Source: a virus (Duplodnaviria; Caudoviricetes). Taken from it: a stretch of 64,000 nt of DNA. Shown here piece after piece: positions 57,441-64,000 of this stretch. The DNA is taken from the IMG/VR virus record IMGVR_UViG_3300029288_000057, positions 64,001-128,000 of that record; one strand, 5' to 3'. A program made the position numbers and the translations under genes. Each line of letters starts with the position of its first letter. Position 1 is the stretch's first letter. The notes beneath the pieces were generated by a model. That model did no database searches. It was not told the origin of the DNA and saw nothing but the letters and a program-made list of their open reading frames with translations.

Positions 57441-57729
57441 ATGCTTCTTTTGCTAATAAATCTATAATTTCTTGTTCGTAATTTCTTTCACACTCTTTTT
57501 CGAAATCTTTTATCATTTCTTCGGTTGAAATAGCGAGCCATGAATACCATTTTAATTTTTTGGTTTTATCTATTTTTAACACTACCATTCCATCATAACT
57601 TGCATATACAAAAGACCTGTCCCCCACAACCTTGTCTCCTCTTTCACGAATTCTTTTATAAGCGGCTTTTCTGCGAATTCTCAAATCACGCTTCGCCCTC
57701 CATTTTGTTTTAAATCCCTTTTTTTCCAT
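57439..57729 (-). CDS. Hypothetical protein
   Basis: ORF. Confidence 0.7.
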   Translation of the reverse strand: MEKKGFKTKWRAKRDLRIRRKAAYKRIRERGDKVVGDRSFVYASYDGMVVLKIDKTKKLKWYSWLAISTEEMIKDFEKECERNYEQEIIDLLAKEA

Positions 57730-57730
57730 T

Positions 57731-59020
57731 TTAAACAGATACAGGTGCCTTTATAGCAGGCAGTGGGTTATAATCAATTATTTCAATATCTTCAGCTCTA
57801 AAATCTGTAATGTTTTTTATTGCAGGATTTAGTTTCAGCGTTGGGAGGGGAGGTCCATAATAATTTCCTATAAGCTCTGACGTATGAGTGAGATTAATAT
57901 TATACCAATAATCAATTGGTTCCTTAGATTTGTTCCACGGATTAAAGTCTGCTATTGTTGCGCCTTCTCCTTCTCTGTGCGTTCTATTTAAAAATTCATT
58001 AACCTGTTCTTTATGATTAAGGTATAAATGCAAGTCTCCAAATGTATGAACAAACTTATAAGGAACCATATTTACAACTTGAGCGACCATATGTAATAAC
58101 AATGAAAATGAAGCAATGTTAAATGGAACTCCTAAAAATGTATCGCAGGACCTCTGATAGAGCTGGAGTGAGAGTCTAAATTTTGGGATGTTAAACTCAT
58201 CACATTTTTTAACATTATCATCACCTGGTTCTAGATATAAAATTTTATCTACCTTTTTGTTTTTTTCCCACAAACCAACTCTTTCTTGAATCGTTAATGG
58301 CTCAGTAATAAATTGAAATATTGTGTGACACGGCCTAAGTGCCATTTGAGATAGTTCGCTAACATCCCACGCAGAAACCATAATTCCCCTATCGTCTGGT
58401 CTGTTTTTCAAAGTATCAATGGCTACTTGTATTTGGTTAATTCCGTTTATTTTTACTTTTTCCATCTTGCCTTGAATGTGGTGAGTGGGTCCTCCAAAAG
58501 ACCCTCCGTAACTATATCCCCCAACTTCTTCCCAAGATGTTCTTCCGCCCCAATCGACCCACTGTTTTCCATAAACAGGACCAAGTTCTCCCCAGTGTTT
58601 TGCGCACTCATCACAACTTTTTATATCTTCAATAAACTCTTTTTGTGTCATGTTTCTGAGGCAACCTAAAATCGGGTCGTCAACTAACAATTTGACATCT
58701 GGCTCTTGCAGATTAGAGACATGTTTCACATACTTGTCATAAGCCCATTCGTCCCAAATGTGCACATTATTATCAACAAGATATTTAATGTTTGTATTGC
58801 CGAATTCTTTATATTTTTCTGGCATTGCATTAAGAAACCATAATAGTTCGTGTATAACGCCCTTTGAATAGGTGTTTTTAAGAGTTAACAGTGGAAACCC
58901 ATTTTTCATATAAAAAACAGATTGATGGCCGAAGGTTGATATAGTACCAGTACCTGTGCGGTCAGTTTTTATTCTTCCTTCTTTAAGAATAGTTGTAATT
59001 AATTCTACGTATTGTTTCAT
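57731..59020 (-). CDS. thyA: Thymidylate synthase with insertions
   Basis: DRTGTGT, ELLWFL, GPVYGKQW, MALRPCH, YQRSCD.FLGVPFN, HLYLNH. Confidence 0.95.
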   Translation of the reverse strand: MKQYVELITTILKEGRIKTDRTGTGTISTFGHQSVFYMKNGFPLLTLKNTYSKGVIHELLWFLNAMPEKYKEFGNTNIKYLVDNNVHIWDEWAYDKYVKHVSNLQEPDVKLLVDDPILGCLRNMTQKEFIEDIKSCDECAKHWGELGPVYGKQWVDWGGRTSWEEVGGYSYGGSFGGPTHHIQGKMEKVKINGINQIQVAIDTLKNRPDDRGIMVSAWDVSELSQMALRPCHTIFQFITEPLTIQERVGLWEKNKKVDKILYLEPGDDNVKKCDEFNIPKFRLSLQLYQRSCDTFLGVPFNIASFSLLLHMVAQVVNMVPYKFVHTFGDLHLYLNHKEQVNEFLNRTHREGEGATIADFNPWNKSKEPIDYWYNINLTHTSELIGNYYGPPLPTLKLNPAIKNITDFRAEDIEIIDYNPLPAIKAPVSV

Positions 59021-59247
59021 ATTGTTTTTTTGCTGGAATTGTTTAACCAATCATTTATTTCTATAATATTGCATTCTATAATAGATTTTTTTATTCTTTC
59101 CTTAAATTCTTTTAGCGTTATTTGTTCATTATGAAATGAGTGGCTGAAATTATTCAAATTCCAGCCGCATGGTTCCGCATTTAAATCTATTACCAAATGT
59201 ATTTTTGATTGTATTTCATCTAACCATTCTCTCGATGTCTTTTCCAT
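59017..59247 (-). CDS. Hypothetical protein (start revised to MEKTSR)
   Basis: Sits between dut and thyA. Confidence 0.65.
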   Translation of the reverse strand: MEKTSREWLDEIQSKIHLVIDLNAEPCGWNLNNFSHSFHNEQITLKEFKERIKKSIIECNIIEINDWLNNSSKKTI

Positions 59248-59254
59248 AATTGTA

Positions 59255-59695
59255 TTATTTCTTTCCAGTATGCCCGAAACCACCTTTACTTCTCTTGGTT
59301 TCAGATAAAACAAGAACATTGTCCCATTCTATTTGTGTACATTCTGAAATTACCATTTGAGCAATTCTGTCTCCTTGATATACGGTAAAATCTCTACTTG
59401 ATAGGTTTACAAGTATTACTCCGATTTCTCCTCTGTAATCAGCATCGATTGTTCCTGGGGAATTAAGCACGGTGATTCCGTTGACAATTGCCAATCCGCT
59501 GCGAGGACGGATTTGCGCTTCAAACCCTTCTGGCAACTCAATAAAAAGGTTTGTGTGTATTAGAACTCGCTCAAGTGGTTTGATTGTTACTGGGGTGTAT
59601 TCGCCCACATCTGCTCTTAAATCCATTCCAGCTGATAATGATGTTTCATATGCTGGTAACGGATTTTGGGATTTGTTTACTATTCTTACTGCCAT
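59255..59695 (-). CDS. dut: Trimeric dUTPase
   Basis: [38 protein letters not shown]. Confidence 0.95.
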   Translation of the reverse strand: MAVRIVNKSQNPLPAYETSLSAGMDLRADVGEYTPVTIKPLERVLIHTNLFIELPEGFEAQIRPRSGLAIVNGITVLNSPGTIDADYRGEIGVILVNLSSRDFTVYQGDRIAQMVISECTQIEWDNVLVLSETKRSKGGFGHTGKK

Positions 59696-59748
59696 TTTTG
59701 TTTTTTTTAAGTCAAACAAATATATAAAAAAAATGGCGATTATCAAAA

Positions 59749-60834
59749 TTAATTTATGTGAAAAGTTTTAACGTATTGAGAAAAGGGCACACTAGTCACG
59801 TTTACTAGCTTTAGCTTTTCAATTTTACCTTCTACATATTTGATATCTTTTTTTATTTTAGCAGCTCTTTCATATTCTTCTTCATCTGATAAATTGAGCA
59901 TTTTAGATTTTAATATCTCTTTTATTCTTTCAAGCACTTCTGACATACCATCTATATCATATTTTGATTTTGACAGGGACTCATAGTGTTCTTTTATATC
60001 TTTTGATATAGAAATCATTTGGTCAAAATTGCTTGAGGTGTCTATTTCTATGGTAATTCTGTTTTCTTGTGGCAAATTGTTTTTAACTTCCATCAAATAA
60101 TAAACAAACAATTTGTCTATCAACAGGTTTTTTTCTTTTATTTTTAAATTAAAAGACCCACCATAGTTAATGGGGAGTTTTTTTAAAATCTCTCTATTCG
60201 TTTTACAGCTTTTTAAAATTATTTTATTCGGGTTATAAACATTGTTAATCCTAATAAAATCACATTTAAACGGAAGTAAATAATTTCTCAAATCACTATT
60301 TGACTTTGACGTAAAGTCTCCGTTAAGATTTAAATAACATTTGTCTCCAGAAAACTTGCATTCAATGAATAAATAAAAATATAATGACAACTTTTCTCCT
60401 ATCTCTGGAATTTTACACTTACCTATTTTGAAGGCTTGTAGAATGTTTCTTTTTGATTCCTCTTTGTAATCTGCTTTAGCTGCAATGTCTTGCAAAAGCT
60501 GTTTTGTTCCATTTAAGTTCAATATTTCCAGTTCACCCTTTATTGTTTCTTCCAACTCCTGACTATATCTCATGCCCTTTTTTTCTAAAATATTTTTAAT
60601 ATCTGGAACCTCAATTCTTGGGAAATCTGGGTCTTGAGAAAACTCAAATGTTAATATGTCAGATTCAACATACCCTATGTTCTGGATTGCGAAAATGGCT
60701 TTTTCATAGTCATCTTCGTTAATAACCGTTTCATCTAAATATTGTCTTCCTTTCCTGGTTACAAAGATAATCGGGCGTTTAGTCTTGTCCAGGGGATTTT
60801 CAATTATACAAAAATCTAAATTTATATAGTTCAT
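59749..60834 (-). CDS. Hypothetical protein with C-terminal UvrB/C coiled-coil motif
   Basis: [14 protein letters not shown]. Confidence 0.7.
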   Translation of the reverse strand: MNYINLDFCIIENPLDKTKRPIIFVTRKGRQYLDETVINEDDYEKAIFAIQNIGYVESDILTFEFSQDPDFPRIEVPDIKNILEKKGMRYSQELEETIKGELEILNLNGTKQLLQDIAAKADYKEESKRNILQAFKIGKCKIPEIGEKLSLYFYLFIECKFSGDKCYLNLNGDFTSKSNSDLRNYLLPFKCDFIRINNVYNPNKIILKSCKTNREILKKLPINYGGSFNLKIKEKNLLIDKLFVYYLMEVKNNLPQENRITIEIDTSSNFDQMISISKDIKEHYESLSKSKYDIDGMSEVLERIKEILKSKMLNLSDEEEYERAAKIKKDIKYVEGKIEKLKLVNVTSVPFSQYVKTFHIN

Positions 60835-60949
60835 TAATGCTGTATTTTTTTAATAAATATTATTTAATTTTAAGTCTTTTGGAAAATATAAAAAAAATGA
60901 TGTTTAAAAAAAACAGTTTTTGCTGATATTTATATAAAATAGAAAAAAC

Positions 60950-61219
60950 ATGATGGAACTTGAAGAAATTAAAAAGCAATTAAGGAAACAAATTAGGGAA
61001 ATACTTTTGAACACGGACGAATTAAGGGATGTTAAATCTTTAAATCAAAAAAAGGGGCTGCCTGAACTAAAAAAAGATGCTTATATTAAGCTTGTTGACT
61101 TAAAAAATGAATTCGAGGCCGTTAAGGAAGATCCTGACAAAGAGGATGTGATTAAAAAAATTGACGGTTTGATTGTTTCATTAAATCTTGTGAAAAAGAA
61201 TCTCAGTAATCAATTGTAA
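60950..61219 (+). CDS. Small late protein with LRKQIRE tag
   Basis: TATTTATA at 60927. Confidence 0.7.
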   Translation: MMELEEIKKQLRKQIREILLNTDELRDVKSLNQKKGLPELKKDAYIKLVDLKNEFEAVKEDPDKEDVIKKIDGLIVSLNLVKKNLSNQL

Positions 61220-61226
61220 TAAACTA

Positions 61227-62117
61227 TTAAGTTTTATATGTAATTAGCTGTGGATGAACGTTTACAATGTTTTTCCAATTAGTTTCATTCAATTTCCAAA
61301 AACAACATTCATTTATATATTTACCTGGTTTGTTTATTATTAGTTTTTCCCATCCAAAAGCAGAAAGTTCTTCTTTATAATTTCGTTCTTTTATCAAATA
61401 ATCAAAATTCTCGTCTGGGAATAAACAAATAAGTTCAACGCTGTTGTAAATATCGCTTTGAATAAATTTTAAGAAATTACAATAACACAACAATTCTGGT
61501 CTATTTTCTAATATTTCTATCCACTTCCTTGCTGTAAGCTTGTTTAGGTCTAGGGATTGAAAATAGATGTCTCCTGTGTTGATAATCATATCACACACAT
61601 GATAATCTTTTAAGTTGCTTAAATCAAAACTCCTTATTACACCGTCTGCAAATTCATTAAATTCTATTATTTCAAACTTTTCTTTGGCCGTAAATTCATA
61701 TTTACTTACATCAACTTTCTCAGATAGCTCTTCAGCTCCAATAGTAAGTAGACAAAATGCTTCTTCATGATTCATCTTCTCTAAGTCAATATTGATTTTA
61801 TCAATTAAGTGTGGACGAATCCTCAACATTTCTCGTGCCTCTCTTATGGTATAGTTATATTTCGATAGGTCTACATAATCTGCTATCCTTACATTCCTAG
61901 CCACCACTCTTATTATTTTCATCCTGTCAAAACTTTCCCACGGAATCATGTCATGCATGACCTCGTTGTCAGCAATTGTTCTGTCTGGAATTTTATTAAA
62001 ATCAACATATTGACACAAATGTCTCAATTCCTCACTATTCAACTCAACCCATTCATCTGATATGATTTTTGACAAAAATGCCTGTACAATTATATTTGTT
62101 TTTTGAGTTTTATTCAT
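61227..62117 (-). CDS. Helical-repeat hypothetical protein
   Basis: Recurrent DLSK/W..I...P repeats. Confidence 0.75.
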   Translation of the reverse strand: MNKTQKTNIIVQAFLSKIISDEWVELNSEELRHLCQYVDFNKIPDRTIADNEVMHDMIPWESFDRMKIIRVVARNVRIADYVDLSKYNYTIREAREMLRIRPHLIDKINIDLEKMNHEEAFCLLTIGAEELSEKVDVSKYEFTAKEKFEIIEFNEFADGVIRSFDLSNLKDYHVCDMIINTGDIYFQSLDLNKLTARKWIEILENRPELLCYCNFLKFIQSDIYNSVELICLFPDENFDYLIKERNYKEELSAFGWEKLIINKPGKYINECCFWKLNETNWKNIVNVHPQLITYKT

Positions 62118-62168
62118 TATATTTGTGCTGTTATTAAAAATATAGAATATTTAAATAAAAAAATCAAT

Positions 62169-62435
62169 ATGGAAGAAAACAAAAAAGAAATTGCAATTGA
62201 TATGAATAAATTGATTGTCAGGGTTCATAATAAAATTGCTATATGGAACAATCAAGATGTTACAAGTGATGAAAAATCCATTATGTTAAAAGTTTTGTCA
62301 CACGATATCGTTTCAGACATTATATCTACTGCTTTCAGTCAGCTAGAAGGAGTAAAAACAAAAGAAAGAATCCTTCCTGGAGAAGCTCCTAAGAGAAAAA
62401 ACCTTTTAAAAAGAATGTTTAATAAGACCGAATAA
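62169..62435 (+). CDS. Hypothetical protein (start revised to MEENKK)
   Basis: ORF with A-rich leader. Confidence 0.7.
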   Translation: MEENKKEIAIDMNKLIVRVHNKIAIWNNQDVTSDEKSIMLKVLSHDIVSDIISTAFSQLEGVKTKERILPGEAPKRKNLLKRMFNKTE

Positions 62436-62445
62436 AAACTATTCT

Positions 62446-63009
62446 TTAAAGATTCTTCTTTTTTCTTTGCATTTTGTAAAGGTCAATTTCGTCTTCTGTC
62501 CTTTTTTCTCCCAATCCATCATTGCTAAATTTAACAATGTTGAATTTGGTTGGGTCTATTTCTTCAGTCAAAAGAGTCTTTTTACTGTTTTCTTGATATA
62601 ATTCGTTGGTTAGTTGTTTCTTTTCTTCATTTTCTACTATGCCGCAAAGCTCTTTGAATCTTTTAGAAACGCATTCAACAGTAGCTTTTTTCTCATCTTT
62701 TTCTTCATATAAGTCATCTTCTTTCTCTGAATCATCAGTTTTAACGGAATCTGCTTCACTTTCCATTTTCTTTAATCTGGTATAATAGTCTGACAATTCA
62801 TCCATGTGTGCTAGAACTATTTTAAAGGTCTTCTCTGGGTCATCGTCTGTAACATTTGTTTCTGGATTTTGGGTGCCATGTTCTAGCTCTACGAGCATTC
62901 CTTGAATTAACTCATCCATATCGTATGTTGATATGTCAGTCCCAGTCTTCTTTGCTAATAGTGTAATTAATTTTTCGGCATAGCCTTTGGTTGTTTCGTT
63001 TACTTCCAT
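62446..63009 (-). CDS. DUF5661-like protein
   Basis: GMLVELEH...KIVLAHMDE...YYTRL; internal RFKELCGI. Confidence 0.7.
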   Translation of the reverse strand: MEVNETTKGYAEKLITLLAKKTGTDISTYDMDELIQGMLVELEHGTQNPETNVTDDDPEKTFKIVLAHMDELSDYYTRLKKMESEADSVKTDDSEKEDDLYEEKDEKKATVECVSKRFKELCGIVENEEKKQLTNELYQENSKKTLLTEEIDPTKFNIVKFSNDGLGEKRTEDEIDLYKMQRKKKNL

Positions 63010-63042
63010 GGTTGTGTGATTTTTTAAATATTGTGAAAATTA

Positions 63043-63834
63043 TTAGAACTTCAGTATAGAATACTGTAAGCTTACCCCCACTCCTGGTCCTATTATATAA
63101 CCATCTTTGCCAAAACTCATCCCAAACCCAATATAAGGCCCTACAGACCATCTTTTTGTTTTGGATGATGATTGGGGAGGATTAATCAAATTAGACACGT
63201 CAGCGCCTTCTATTTGGCCTACAATTACGTTTTTATTGTCTGGGGTGATAAATATTTTATACAAACCCCCTTCTTTTTTAATTCCAGTCGTAAACCCCAA
63301 CTTTAAACTCATGTCGTCTATTGTTGAAATATCTGGTTTTGTAACGATATCATACCTGTTTGTAATTTTATCTGTAAGCATAGCCTCAATAAAGAGCATA
63401 CTGGTTGATTTAATATGCAATGAACCATCTTTGGAATAATAATCATATTTTACAGCGTATTTGTTATTTCCAAGCGAAACAACTCCGTTTTTGACGGAGC
63501 CAGTATCTCTGTATTCTATTTTGGTCATCCATATAATTTTAACTTCGCCCAATTCTGCCTTTAATCTTTTATAGAGTTCGGGGAAGTATTTCTCAACCTC
63601 GCTCACAGACATGTCTGCTATTGGCTTGCTATAAGATAATTGGCCAAGCTTGTTTTTGTAAACCTTAACAGAATCATTCAATGCCGCCAAGTTCTGTTTA
63701 GAAACCTGTTCCTGGCGCTTCATTTCATTTTTTAACTTTCTAGTTGTGTTGCATTGATTTAAGAAGAGTAAGAGAATTAGAACTCCAGCAATAATTAATA
63801 TTGCATTTATGTTTTTTTTAATTGTTTCCCACAT
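63043..63834 (-). CDS. Membrane-anchored coiled-coil protein with C-terminal beta-signal-like tail (possible spanin)
   Basis: N-terminal TM/NQC, coiled coil, ends SVGPYIGFG...GVGVSLQYSILKF; TATTTATA at 63848. Confidence 0.5.
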   Translation of the reverse strand: MWETIKKNINAILIIAGVLILLLFLNQCNTTRKLKNEMKRQEQVSKQNLAALNDSVKVYKNKLGQLSYSKPIADMSVSEVEKYFPELYKRLKAELGEVKIIWMTKIEYRDTGSVKNGVVSLGNNKYAVKYDYYSKDGSLHIKSTSMLFIEAMLTDKITNRYDIVTKPDISTIDDMSLKLGFTTGIKKEGGLYKIFITPDNKNVIVGQIEGADVSNLINPPQSSSKTKRWSVGPYIGFGMSFGKDGYIIGPGVGVSLQYSILKF

Positions 63835-63872
63835 AACTACTTTTTCTTATAAATAGTGAGAAAATGTGTTTT

Positions 63873-63998
63873 TCAAAGGGTCTGATTAAGATTTAAAAAG
63901 TGAATTACTTCTTTATTCTCTGAATTTGTATAATTTGTTGCAAACAAAACGAATTCCAAAATCATTCTTTTATATTCTGGCAGAGGCACTGTATTTCC
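63873..63998 (-). CDS. C-terminus of a CDS entering from beyond the window
   Basis: Open frame GNTVPLPEYKRMIL...NQTL*. Confidence 0.5.
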   Translation of the reverse strand, partial: GNTVPLPEYKRMILEFVLFATNYTNSENKEVIHFLNLNQTL

Positions 63999-64000
63999 TT

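Noticed and set aside
57731-59020. Intron or intein in thyA
   Set aside because: Insertions are short and in frame, with no intein C/S...HN ends and no interruption
1-64000. Alternative genetic code (stop recoding)
   Set aside because: Known enzymes translate full-length in code 11; TAG and TGA both occur as genuine stops

Overview
AT-rich segment of a large (jumbo-type) dsDNA phage genome, most likely infecting Bacteroidota. Evidence for the host: no Shine-Dalgarno sites, A-rich AACCA leaders, TTTG-N19-TAnnTTTG promoters. Standard genetic code. (1) 1-20.1 kb is an array of about 38 short, almost all minus-strand cassettes. Each is headed by one conserved promoter-like motif (CCCTCTTT-N12/13-CTTTATATRTT) that usually abuts the previous stop codon. 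Most cassettes carry small unknown proteins; several carry no ORF and look like structured RNAs, including a D-armless tRNA-like element. (2) 20.1-20.7 kb is a non-coding block of iteron-like repeats and palindromes (candidate origin or terminus). (3) 20.7-64 kb holds accessory and metabolic genes. These are M16 peptidase, CDF transporter, a pncA-vWA-PP2C-kinase (TerY-P-like) operon, a splicease-like radical SAM/SPASM enzyme with a fused poly-XYG tail, split coaB / coaC-M23, ClpP-like protease, Thg1, IMPDH/GMPR, adk, pncB-Nudix-nadE-SLOG, HNH, CCA-adding enzyme, an NTase-2H-zincin fusion, thyA and dut. Two further promoter classes are visible: ECF-like GTAAC-N16-CGTATA and late-like TATTTATA. 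Many TATTTATA genes share short tags (ESYxxRxxELAGI, IRKIIxE), suggesting head-packaged enzyme cargo. All functional calls come from motif recognition by eye; no searches were run.
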